Origin: a virus
Taxonomy: Duplodnaviria; Caudoviricetes
Direction: 5' to 3' (one strand)
Virus record (IMG/VR): IMGVR_UViG_2706795930_000001
Span: 28,581-92,580 of that record
Length of the DNA stretch: 64,000 nucleotides
The notes under the pieces were generated by a model. That model saw only the letters and a program-made list of their open reading frames with translations, was not told where the DNA came from and did not search any database. The position numbers were made by a program, and so were the translations under genes. Shown one piece after another: positions 45,878 through 55,972 of the stretch. Numbering within the stretch: the stretch's first letter is position 1; the number at the start of each line of letters is the position of its first letter.

Positions 45878-47484
45878 GCGCCCCCACTGCCGAGCGCGTC
45901 GCCACCACCGACGCGCTCGCCACGCTGCTGATCATGCGCCTCGACCCGCTCGGACTGCGCATCTCACGACCGGAGGCTGAAATGCTCGCCCACGCAATCG
46001 AGTTCGACTTCGAGGTCGAGTTCAAGAACGAGGCGTTTCGAGGTGTGGCATGAGGGGGATCGGCAGCCTGGCGAATGCGATCTGGCGCGAGTACGACCGG
46101 GCCCTCGACGACCTCTTCGACGACCTCGTTCGAGTCCTGGAGGACTTCGGACACGACGAGTCGGAGTGGGTCAGCATCGTCGCCGACGAGTTGCCGGGGG
46201 ACATCGCCGACGCGTTCGAGGAGTGGATGGCGTGACCGGCCCGCACCCGAACGAGGAAGGCCTGACGCCCATCCTGCGTCTCTACTACGACGCACCGATC
46301 GAGGACCCCGCGGAGTGCGGTGGCTGCCGCAGCCTTGGGGCCCACTCCCCGCGGTGCTGGACGCAGCCAGGCGCTCTCTGGAAGCGCCTGGCTGACAGGG
46401 CAGAAGACCTCGCCGACACGATCGGGCCCAACGATCATGAGGCGGCGAACATCGCGTATGACCTCGCCGGTCGATTCCGGGCACGGTGCCGAGAAGAGGG
46501 CGGCAATGGCTGACGAGAAGCCGAAGCATCCGCACTGCATCAAGTGCCTGGCCCTGACCAATCGCTGGGGCGGCGTCTGCATGGACTGCCAGCTCGGGAA
46601 GAAGAAGTCCTCGTGATCGCCTGTGGCGCTGCCTGTATGGGTCAGGTGAACAGCAACAACTTCACCTCCGTTGCCGGCGGCCGACCGCCGGACTGGGGTG
46701 CCCTGATCTTGTTCCTCATCGTCGTCGCGAGCATCCTCGCGATGATCGGCTACGCAGTATGGGAGATGTACCGATGACCGACAGCAGCAGCACGATCTAC
46801 GTCGCCACGACCACGGGCGGCCAGGTCGCCTTCAACGCGACCGACCGATGGGCCGGTCCGCGGTGCTACGCCTACAACACCACCGGCCCCGCCCGAGCGA
46901 TCGCGAACAAGGTCGACGGCAAGGTCCTCGCCGTCACTATCCACGACGACGGCGTGGTCACCACCGAGTGGCTGCCGGCGAAGCGCGGCCGGTGAGCGTG
47001 CGCATCGCGACCTATCCCGAGTCGACCAAGGCGCTCCTGTCCGCACTCCTCACCCGCATGGATGGGGAGTACTCGGTGGAGACGGTCACTGACGAGTGGG
47101 GCGTTGTCGGGACATTCCTCGAAGGTCGGGTTGATCTGTCGGCCCTCTCGATGTGCTTCCTCGACGAGCTCGAACAGTTGGTGAGGGAGCGCATCAGCAC
47201 GCGGGAGGTGCACCGTAACCGCGAGATCGCCGCGATGCTTGCCGACGCCAAGGTCACCATCAGGGCCATGGCCAGCACCGCCGCCATCCCGCCGCAGCTC
47301 TACGGAAGGAATGACCGTGGCTGACGTCTACGAGGTGACGCTCTACGTCACCGAGACGATCGAGGTCGTCGCCGACAGCGAGGACGAGGCGTACGCAGAG
47401 GCTGAGTCCATGGCCGACCTGGACACGTGGGACTACCACGACGTCGTCCGCGTCGGGCCCTCACCCTGGGACGAGGACGACTGA
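45874..47484 (+). CDS. run of eight small coupled hypothetical genes (45874-46053, 46050-46235, 46232-46513, 46506-46616, 46613-46777, 46774-46995, 46992-47324, 47317-47484)
   Basis: Consecutive overlapping start/stop codons. Confidence 0.55.
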
Positions 47485-47882
47485 TGGCTCAATCCTGGAA
47501 GCATGCAGAGGCATCCGCCCGGCACTTCGGCGGGGTGCCGGAGGACTACATCGCGATCCATGAGTGGATCGATCAGTTCAAGAACGTCGTAGGCGACGTC
47601 ACCCACCGCCAGTACCTCCACCACTCCTCGGGTCCATGGATGGCCCAGGAGGTGTTCGGCCGAACGATCCGGAACTCGGCTGGCAAGCAGATCGTGGTCC
47701 GCGACATCGCAGAGAACCACATCACCGAAGACCTCGGCTGGATTCCATCGCCAGCTGACTGGTCCGCCTGCCTCACCTGCAAGGTGTGGATGGGCGGCAA
47801 GCGCAACAAGTTCATCGGCCGCGAGGAACTTCTCAAATCCTCACTGCCGCACCCGAATAAGTCCCGAAAGGAAGTAGAATGA
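47484..47882 (+). CDS. DUF6915-like His-rich protein
   Basis: HAEASARHFGGVPEDYIAIHEWID...HRQYLHH...VRDIAENHITEDLGWIPS. Confidence 0.7.
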   Translation: MAQSWKHAEASARHFGGVPEDYIAIHEWIDQFKNVVGDVTHRQYLHHSSGPWMAQEVFGRTIRNSAGKQIVVRDIAENHITEDLGWIPSPADWSACLTCKVWMGGKRNKFIGREELLKSSLPHPNKSRKEVE

Positions 47883-48376
47883 CGACCGCTCCCGACACCC
47901 TCCTCGGCCGTCCGATCCGTGGCGACATCAGCCACTACAGCGGCAAGAAGATCGTCGAGCAGAAGCCGATCGAGATGCTCCTCGACGCGCTCGACACCCT
48001 TTTCGCCGACCCGTACGTCGTCAGCGTCCGGTGGAAGCAGTACACGCCCTACTTCAACGACGGCGACCCATGCGAGTTCGGCGTGAACGACATCGGAGTT
48101 CGGTTCGCAGACACGGCCGACGACGCCGGCGACTACGAAGACGGCTACATCGACGCCTGGTCCATCCGGTTCGATCGTCAGTATCGCGTTGCTCGCGACG
48201 GCAAGGACTCCGAGTACCCGGGCATCTCAGACGAACTGCATGACGCCATCGCGGCACTGAACGACGCAGTCGCCGGCGGCGCGCACGAGGTCGACCTCCG
48301 CAAGTTCTTCGGCGACCCGGCCGAGGTGACCGCCACCCGCGAAGGGTTTGACGTCGAGTTCTACGACCACGACTGA
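47879..48376 (+). CDS. conserved acidic phage protein
   Basis: WKQYTPYFNDGDPCEF...FGDPAEVTATREGFDVEFYDHD. Confidence 0.75.
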   Translation: MTTAPDTLLGRPIRGDISHYSGKKIVEQKPIEMLLDALDTLFADPYVVSVRWKQYTPYFNDGDPCEFGVNDIGVRFADTADDAGDYEDGYIDAWSIRFDRQYRVARDGKDSEYPGISDELHDAIAALNDAVAGGAHEVDLRKFFGDPAEVTATREGFDVEFYDHD

Positions 48377-48394
48377 TTCCTGAGCGCACATCGC

Positions 48395-48430
48395 AAGTCC
48401 TGTCCCTCGGTTGGGGGACAGGACTTGTTC
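48395..48430 (+). terminator. hairpin terminator
   Basis: AAGTCCTGTCCC/GGGACAGGACTT + GTTC. Confidence 0.65.
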
Positions 48431-48456
48431 TGTTGCAGGGGGTCTCGGATCTTTGT

Positions 48457-48486
48457 TGTTGCATGTCTCGCGACTAGTGATAGAGT
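48457..48486 (+). promoter_or_regulatory. operator overlapping a putative promoter
   Basis: TGTTGCATGTCTCG; TTGCAT-16-TAGAGT. Confidence 0.6.
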
Positions 48487-48530
48487 TTCTGAGTTCAACC
48501 TGAGATTTACCTGATTGGAGACCCCGCACT

Positions 48531-48959
48531 ATGAACATCCGCACTCGGCTCGCTGCCGTCGTCGCCAGCGTTGTCGCTGCCACCTCGATCGCCACCGGTG
48601 TCGCGAACGCGAGCCCGTCCTCGCCCACGACCGGCGACATCATCCGCTACGAGTTCAGCTCGAACAATCGCAACGTGGACAGCATCTACTGGTACGACGG
48701 CTGGAACGAGGACCACCGCTTCCCGGAGAGCTACGACCGGTACGCGGTGTTCAACACCTCGTACAAGAACGCCAATGGACACACTCTGTGGCTGGCCAAG
48801 AGGACCGTCCGGTCGAACTCGACGTACCAGATCACCGGCGGGTACATCTCCGCGCATGACGACGTCTCGCGAGCGTACGTGGCATGCAGGGTCTACGTGA
48901 ACGACGTGCTGATCGAGTCTGACTACGCCACAGGTAAGTACGCGACGGCCTACTGCTGA
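48531..48959 (+). CDS. secreted protein
   Basis: Sec signal ending ANA; C-terminal C...C pair. Confidence 0.7.
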   Translation: MNIRTRLAAVVASVVAATSIATGVANASPSSPTTGDIIRYEFSSNNRNVDSIYWYDGWNEDHRFPESYDRYAVFNTSYKNANGHTLWLAKRTVRSNSTYQITGGYISAHDDVSRAYVACRVYVNDVLIESDYATGKYATAYC

Positions 48960-49426
48960 TGCGTCGCCTGATCTGCGCTGTGCTCGTGGCCGCCGGGCTG
49001 TTACTCACCGCGGGGTGTGGAAGTGACAGGCCGGGCTACTCGCACACGTTCGAGACCGGGACGACCGGCACGTACGCGCCTTCCCGGGTGCCGAGCGACC
49101 TCGTTGTCGACGGCTTCCGAGCGGGGCGCGTCATCGAGACTGTCACCGAAAAGGCCGGATACTCCGTCCACAACACTACGGGCCGGGTCATCTTCCCCAA
49201 GGGTCCGCGGCAGCTAAGCCCTGGCGTCTACATCGTCGAGGGGCGCAGCTCGTCAACGCCCGGTCAGTGGTACTCCTGCTCGCAGTGGTGCCCGAATGCG
49301 TCGTCGCCGTACGCCATTGGCAGTGGACTGGTCCTGGCCGGCGAGGGGGATCTCCTGTCCGTGAACAACGACGTCGACCTCATTGTCCTCCAGGACGTCG
49401 TCCTACGGGAGATCGCCACACAGTAG
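48959..49426 (+). CDS. lipoprotein
   Basis: Lipobox TAGC. Confidence 0.7.
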   Translation: MRRLICAVLVAAGLLLTAGCGSDRPGYSHTFETGTTGTYAPSRVPSDLVVDGFRAGRVIETVTEKAGYSVHNTTGRVIFPKGPRQLSPGVYIVEGRSSSTPGQWYSCSQWCPNASSPYAIGSGLVLAGEGDLLSVNNDVDLIVLQDVVLREIATQ

Positions 49427-49438
49427 GAATCCGGCAGC

Positions 49439-49480
49439 CGAAACCCCCCGAAAGCGCCCAGCGCCGGGGGGTTTCGTCGT
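49439..49480 (+). terminator. hairpin terminator
   Basis: CGAAACCCCCCG/CGGGGGGTTTCG. Confidence 0.65.
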
Positions 49481-49500
49481 ATCCGGAGAGCCCTCGTGCC

Positions 49501-49541
49501 TGTTGCCTGTCTCGAATAGGCTCAGCTTGAGACAGGCAACG
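49501..49541. promoter_or_regulatory. inverted pair of 14-bp operators upstream of lysin B
   Basis: TGTTGCCTGTCTCG 49501-49514 and TGAGACAGGCAACG 49528-49541. Confidence 0.75.
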
Positions 49542-49553
49542 AGAGGGATTGCA

Positions 49554-50276
49554 GTGAAGATCAGGGTCATTCGCATTCGCGGAATCGGTGAGCCGACCGA
49601 GGGCCGCACGATGCTGCACTCCGTCACCGCGGCACTGCCGCAGGATCGGTACGAGTTCGTCGATCTCGACTGGGCGGCGCAGTACGGACCGGTCGGCGCC
49701 AAGGGGATGCTCGGCTCGGACTACGAGACCGCGCTCAATGAGGGGCTGGCGCGCCTCCTCTATCTCCTCGCCGAGAAGCCGGCCGTCATCATCGGCTACT
49801 CCGGTGGCGCCCACCTCGCCCACAAGGCGGCCTTCCTCGGCCATCCCAACATCGTCGCCGCGGGGTTCGTCGCCGACCCAGCCCAGCCCCGCGGCCTCGC
49901 CAACGCGGGCTTCGGCATCACCGGTGAGCATCTGCCGATCGCCCGGGACCTGCCGACGCGCTGGATCTACAACCCTCGCGACATCATCTGCTGCGCACCG
50001 GCCGACTCGCCCCTGCGCACCATCTCCGACGTCACCGGCAAGTTCGGGGTCTACAACTTCTCCGCGTGGGGCTGGGACATCATCGACCGGCTCAAGACCG
50101 GTCGCTGGCAGACGTTCGCCAAGCACATCTTCGCCGACCCTGGCTATCAGCTGGAGCGGTACAACCTCGCGATCCAGGGCGCCGGCGGATACCTCGGCCG
50201 CTTCGAGCACGAGACGGCGTACCTGACAGGCCGGACACGGCAACTCGCAATCTGGATTCAGGCGGTCACCCAGTGA
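49554..50276 (+). CDS. lysin B-like cutinase/serine esterase
   Basis: RGIGE N-terminus, IGYSGGA nucleophile elbow, VADP, DIICC, C-terminal H..Y. Confidence 0.8.
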   Translation: MKIRVIRIRGIGEPTEGRTMLHSVTAALPQDRYEFVDLDWAAQYGPVGAKGMLGSDYETALNEGLARLLYLLAEKPAVIIGYSGGAHLAHKAAFLGHPNIVAAGFVADPAQPRGLANAGFGITGEHLPIARDLPTRWIYNPRDIICCAPADSPLRTISDVTGKFGVYNFSAWGWDIIDRLKTGRWQTFAKHIFADPGYQLERYNLAIQGAGGYLGRFEHETAYLTGRTRQLAIWIQAVTQ

Positions 50277-50533
50277 AGGTCGAGGACATCACACAGTTCC
50301 ATACGCTCGACGATGCCGAACGCGAAGTCATCGCGTCCATCTCGGAGCTGAACGGCCGTGCGAAGCGAGCGGGGGAGGCGGGTGCGGTCGAGTCCTGGAC
50401 GATCCTGCACCGGCTCATCGACGAGGATCTCGAAGTCCTCGACGTCATACGCGAAGGCCGGCGGGAGGAGTATCGGAAGCTGCACCGGCAGCTCACCCCG
50501 AAGTTCTCCAGCCCGCCGACCGGCGTGCAGTAG
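50273..50533 (+). CDS. hypothetical protein
   Basis: GTGA overlap. Confidence 0.55.
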   Translation: MKVEDITQFHTLDDAEREVIASISELNGRAKRAGEAGAVESWTILHRLIDEDLEVLDVIREGRREEYRKLHRQLTPKFSSPPTGVQ

Positions 50534-50543
50534 CGCCCGGCAG

Positions 50544-50807
50544 TCACCGGGCAATGGCGGTGTAGTTCACCCGCCGTTCCATGCAGTGCTCGTAGTACCG
50601 CACCGCCGAGCCGAGATCGTTGCGGATCTGGATGAACCGCTCGTACGGGTCCTCGTCCTTCTCGGCCTCGTCGTAGAGCGCCGTGAGCCGGGCCAGCTCC
50701 TCGCGTGCCTCCTGCAGCGACAGCGAGGAGAACCGGTCCATGTAGCTCATCTCGGCGTCCTCGCGCCGCGCTGCCGGCGACTGGCCGATCAGCGAGTACA
50801 GGCTCAT
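50544..50807 (-). CDS. hypothetical protein
   Basis: TGATG overlap with toxin gene. Confidence 0.55.
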   Translation of the reverse strand: MSLYSLIGQSPAARREDAEMSYMDRFSSLSLQEAREELARLTALYDEAEKDEDPYERFIQIRNDLGSAVRYYEHCMERRVNYTAIAR

Positions 50808-51196
50808 CAGGCCCCCCTTCCGTACAGTTGACGCAGACCATCTGCGATCTCGGTCCACTCGTCGATCACGCCCTTGGCGACGTCATTGACGAACGCCTCC
50901 GCCCGGTCGACATCGAGGGCCCCGGTCGGTGTGATCCCGTTGATGTGCAGGAACACGCCGGCACTCGCCCAGGCTGTGCGTTTGTTGCCGTCCACGAACG
51001 GGTGATTGCGCGCCAGGGAGTGCATGAGCGACGCGGCCTTGTCCCAGTGAGTGGGGTAGGCGTCGAGCCCGAACGCTGTCGCACGCGGCCGGGCGACAGC
51101 AGCCTGCAGCAACCCCTCGTCGCGAACGATCACCTGCTCACCGCACGCCACGGAGCCCGCGGTGAGGACATCTGTCCGATCCAGAAACTCCGTCAC
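50807..51196 (-). CDS. doc: Doc/Fic-family toxin
   Basis: RDEGLLQAAVARP, KAASLMHSLARNHPFVDGNKRTA. Confidence 0.92.
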   Translation of the reverse strand: MTEFLDRTDVLTAGSVACGEQVIVRDEGLLQAAVARPRATAFGLDAYPTHWDKAASLMHSLARNHPFVDGNKRTAWASAGVFLHINGITPTGALDVDRAEAFVNDVAKGVIDEWTEIADGLRQLYGRGA

Positions 51197-51390
51197 CGCA
51201 GCCTTTCGTTAAGTTCCGAGGACCAGGCCGCGACCGACTGCGCGGCCTCCATGACCCGGCGGCGGTGCTGACTCGACCGATCAACCGCGGCGTCGTGCAC
51301 GAACGGCTTGAGTGAGACACCCTCGCTCTCGGCCGCGGCCTTGATCTGGGCGTGCTCCTCGTCGGTGAACTCTACGTTTAGTGATGGCAT
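51193..51390 (-). CDS. ribbon-helix-helix antitoxin
   Basis: MPSLNVEFTDEEHAQIKAAAESEGVSLKPFVHDAA; C-terminal ELNERLR; coupled to doc; TGGTACC repeats upstream (51415-51433). Confidence 0.85.
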   Translation of the reverse strand: MPSLNVEFTDEEHAQIKAAAESEGVSLKPFVHDAAVDRSSQHRRRVMEAAQSVAAWSSELNERLR

Positions 51391-51658
51391 GTCAACTCCT
51401 CTCGTTGAACTCGATGGTACCCGATCTGGTACCAATCCGGCACCTGTCATTTGATGAGCCCTCGCATCTTCACTCGTTGGTGGCCGATCGCCGTATGGCC
51501 GACCGACATATTGCTTCCGGTGCCGGCCATGGTGAACGCCGCGAACTCCTCGTCCCGCCGCCGGCACATCCGTTCCCGCCGCCGGGCGGCCGCCGCAGAC
51601 CTTGCGAGTCTGCTGGAGCGGCCGCCCTTCCGGTTCCTGTGGCTGATCTTCGAGCCCC

Positions 51659-54600
51659 CTATCCGTATGCGATCTCGCCGAACATGGCGATCTGGAGGAT
51701 GCAGTCGGCGTCCCAGGCGTCGTAGTCCGAGTCCCAGCCATCGGTCTCGTCGAGGAGCTTCATGCGGGCGGCCGTCGGCTCCCGTCGATACCCGGGGTTG
51801 AAGAACTCGATCTCGCCCAACTTCACCAGGTTCAGTGCACCCTCGATGTCGCCGAGGGTGATCGCCTTCGGCTCGAAGTCGCACGGCTCCAGCGGGCCCA
51901 GCGTGACGCTCAGGTAGACGATCCCGTGCTCGCCGTGGTCGACCGTGACCTCGTCGATGTCGACGGCCCAGTAGTTCGCCGCGGCAACGCCGGTCACCAA
52001 CAGGCTGGAAAGGAACTCCAGGCGACGGTCGGAGCGGGCGCGTGTGGTCTCACTCATTGATCAGTACCTCCTCGATGATGATTTCGGTCTTGCGCTTGAT
52101 CTCGTACTCGGCTGCCAAGTCCTTGCGCAGCTTGCGAATTGCACCCTCGGCGTCGAGCGCCTGGATGTACGTGGTGTGCGACCAGTCGCCCCAGTCGCCC
52201 GGGTACCGGCCGCGCCAGTAGATGACGTACTCGCGCTTCTTGCGCCGCGGGGCCTTCACTCGACCCCGCCGATGTGATTGCGGTCGACCGGGTCACAGCA
52301 CTCGCAGATGCAGCCCTCGGAGTGGGTCTCGCACTCGCGCCCAGTCTCGGTGTGCCACAGGTAGTGCAGCTTCGCCTCGCCGTCATCGACGACGTACCTG
52401 CCCTCCTCGGCGTTGCCCTCCGCGCTCGCCAGTGAGCCCGACAAGGCGCAGGTGCCGATGTGCTCCAGTAGCGTCGGGTAGATCAGCTTCTGGAAGCCGA
52501 CCTCCGGCATGGTCGAGTGACCCCAGCGGCTCTCGTAGAGAACGATGCCGATCTCGTCGTGTGGGCAGCTCACTTCTTGCCCCCCTTCGGGAGGGCGACC
52601 AAGATGGAGATGCCGGTCTTGTCGAAGACCTGGTACTCGACGAGGTCACCAGCCTCGTTCGCAGCCAGGCTGATCGAGGTGTGATCGGCCGAGTGGTAGA
52701 TCTGGCGGAGCTCGCCGGTGACAGTGATGTCGACACGCTCAGCTCGACCGAAATCGGCGTGCGTGTCGAAGCGGATGATCTCGTCGATGTGGCCGCCGTG
52801 AAGCGTCTCGGCGTCGATGACCTTGTCCACGACCATGTCTGGGAATGCCTTCTTCATCAGTTCTCCTTCGGGTTCCTGCGGGCGTGTGACCGCTCCGCGA
52901 TGTTCATGAACATGCCTGCGATGATCGCGTCGGCTTGACGCTGCGCCCGCCGGGCTGGGGCAGCCTCCTTGCGCAGCTGACGGCCGCGACTTCTCTTCTC
53001 TCCCATGTCAGTACTCGCCCTTCCCGCGCACCCAGGTCACATCGACCCCGTCCGCCGGGAGGCCGAACAGGATCGCGTCCATCGCCCGGGTTCGGACGGC
53101 ATCGCGGATGTCGGCCGGCGACATGTCCAGTCCGCCGATCACGCTCTTCCGGTACTGGCTGGGGTCTACCTCGACCGTGAACTCCACGTTGATCTTCATC
53201 ATCAGCCGATCCACGCCCGATCCCAGTCGCCGGCGTCGTAGAGCCGTGCGAGCCAGTCGTCGATCTCGTGCTCGTCGATCTCGTAGCCGATATGCTGCTC
53301 GAAATCCTCGACGGCGTAACCCATCTCCTCGACCACCTCGCGGACGATCGAGTGCGGGCTCGCATCCTGGTGCCAGCGCGAACCCTTGATCATGCCTGCG
53401 ATCTGTCGGGCCAGATCCGCCAGTTGCTCCGGTGTCGCGTCGGACGGGCAGTCGTAGATCGCGTCCTTGACGCCTTCGACGTGGTACCTCCACCGGGCCA
53501 TGTCAGTTCGCCTCCATCCACGCCCGCAGATCGGCGAGCTCGACGACCGGGTTCCAGCCGTGGCCGGGTGTCGAGTTCTTCCAGACCGTCGGCAGGCACA
53601 CGATCGCGTGGTGCAGCTCGTCGGTCTCCTCATCCAGGTCGAAGCCCTCGAAGCTGTCGATGCTCTTCGGCTCGTCCGGGCGGTGATACCCGCGGGCACT
53701 GCACGGTCGCTTGTTCTCGTCGTCGACGTAGATGACCTCGATGCCCAGCTTCGTCATCCAGTCGATGACCGTCTGCACCGCGGCGTGGGTGCGCACGATG
53801 CCGGTGATCGCGTCCTCGGCCTGCTGGAGGGTGTCGTGCGTGCTCACGATCGTGTCGGTCCTGATGTCGAAGACGTCGAACGTCCCCTGGGTGAACTCGA
53901 CCGCGTTGAACCGGCCCAGAGCGGGCGGGGGAGGGGTCCAGTCGACGCCCTGCCAGAACGCGAGATCGTCGTCGTCCTGGTCGCTGAACGGTGGCATCGC
54001 CGGTGGCGCAACCGGAGCCAGCGCGATGTTGATGAACTCCAAGACGTCCCCGCTCCAGTTATCCTCTGCGCCGAGACGGGCGATCAGCTTGGCGCAGGTG
54101 ATCTGGGCCTTGCGGGCGTCGATCTTGTTCGCGATGTCGATGATGCTGGTCATGTCAGTTGTCTCCCTTGCGGTCTGCGATCTTGCGAAGCTCGGATGCG
54201 CGGCTTGCGATCTTGCGAAGTTCGGACACGGAGACGTAGTTCTCCATGTTGTAGTACTTGTTCTCCCGCTGTTCTGCGATGGAGGCGTCCCACATCGGCT
54301 GGAAGGGCAGCCGCTGGGCTATGGCGTGCCATAGGCGCACGTCGACCTTGGGCGACCGGGGAAGCTCATCCCACCGATCGACCTCCTCGCCATCCATGAC
54401 GAACCCGCCGTCAACCAGCTCGACGATGTTGCCCTCGTCCTCGTCTGATGACGTTGTGAAGACCAGGAACTCGGTGCTGGGGTAGTGCTCGTCGATGATC
54501 TCCAGCAGCGCGGCCACGGCAATCTGGCTCGCGGCATCCTCGAACCGCTTGACGACCTCGACGCATTTCGCGAACTTCTCCGTAGCTGTGTCCATGTCAG

Positions 54601-55122
54601 TTCTCCTGTCCGGCCGGTGTCAGGACCGACCATTCTTCGATTTCGGACCCGGTGACCTCGCCGGTGACGGTCTCGCCTTCGAGGCCCGAGAAGTCGTGCT
54701 CGAAACGAAGCCCGTCGAGGAACTCCTCCTGCACATCGGCATCCCAGGTGGCGAAGTCGGCCGGCACTTCCAGCTCGGCCTCGTATCGCGTCGAGAGGAC
54801 CTCATCCTCGACCCACTGCAGACGGACCTTCATGTCAGTTCTCCTTGCATCCGAGTTCGGCGCACATGGGCGACCGGTAGGTGTTCTTTTTGCGGTGTGC
54901 GGCAACATGTCCGGCGAGTGCCAGCTCGTCGAAGAGGGTCTCGAAGTTGCCCCTGTTCAGCAGCATCTCGATCAGCTCTTCGATCACCGCGGTCGTGTCG
55001 GCACGTCGGTCATGACGCTCGCGGATGAGCTCGGTGTGGTCCCGCAACTCCAGGATCTCGTCGGCGAAGATCGCCAGCGTCTCGGCGGGATTCCAGTTCG
55101 CCAGCTCGTCGATGTGCGTCAC
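51659..55122 (-). CDS. run of small coupled hypothetical genes (51659-52057, 52050-52259, 52256-52573, 52570-52857, 52857-53006, 53008-53202, 53202-53501, 53503-54153, 54155-54595, 54597-54833, 54835-55122)
   Basis: Overlaps or TGAC-ATG junctions with GGAGAACTGAC-like SD; mostly acidic. Confidence 0.65.
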
Positions 55123-55895
55123 GCCGCACCCGCCTCGGCCGCAGCCTTGCGGGCTTCCATCGCCGCGAGGAGAGTGCGCTCAGTGAAGCGTGCAACCTCG
55201 TCCGGATCGGCACCGGCCGCGATCGCAGCAGCGGCACCCTCCTCTGTGAGCGTCACCTGGCACATGTCCATCTCGACGGCGTCGGTCGTCATCTGCTCCC
55301 AGATCGCGTGCTCGTACTCCAGGTCTCCTGGGAAGACCTCGCGGGACAGGTACTCGCGGATCGCCCGTGCCATGTACCAGGTCTCGTCATCGGCGGTCCG
55401 GATGAAGCCCGAGATTCCGCGACCATCCTCGATCGTGATCTCGTTGTCGTCGAGCCACCGATTCAGGGCGTCGGCGTCGATCGTCCATCGCGCCATATAG
55501 CCGTCGGTCGTGAAGTTGTACTCCCGCGGGGACCAGGTCTCGCCGGTCCACTCGACGTCCAGGATCACGGGGTCAGTCGACTTCCAGATCGGAGCCTTGT
55601 CGCCATTCCGGATCAGCTCGTGGGGGAGGGCCTGCTGGATCGCATAGATCGACGCCTCGGCCAGCCACTCGATGAATGACTGCATGTCCCAGTCGATGTC
55701 GAAGTACTCCCACCAGGTGACATCTTCGATCGCGGCGAAGTCGACGCCCAGCCACTCTGCGATGTGGTCCTGCTCGCCCTCGATGTGGTTGTCCGAACCG
55801 AGATCGAAGACCGAGTAGGTGTCGATGTGGTTGACGTGGGTCATCGTCGAGCCGAAGTCCTCGACCACAACGCCGGTCTGAAGTACCTGTCCCAT
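55119..55895 (-). CDS. acidic hypothetical protein
   Basis: SPREYNFTTD motif; GAAAGG SD. Confidence 0.7.
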   Translation of the reverse strand: MGQVLQTGVVVEDFGSTMTHVNHIDTYSVFDLGSDNHIEGEQDHIAEWLGVDFAAIEDVTWWEYFDIDWDMQSFIEWLAEASIYAIQQALPHELIRNGDKAPIWKSTDPVILDVEWTGETWSPREYNFTTDGYMARWTIDADALNRWLDDNEITIEDGRGISGFIRTADDETWYMARAIREYLSREVFPGDLEYEHAIWEQMTTDAVEMDMCQVTLTEEGAAAAIAAGADPDEVARFTERTLLAAMEARKAAAEAGAA

Positions 55896-55972
55896 GGTTG
55901 CCTTTCCGTTGCGCGACCTTCGCGAACAACAAAGGCGCCGAACGGTGCTCGGCGCCAATGCAATTCGTGTGG

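Noticed and set aside
54176-54226. 30-bp duplication encoding SELRKIA twice
   Set aside because: Local in-frame duplication with no further pattern
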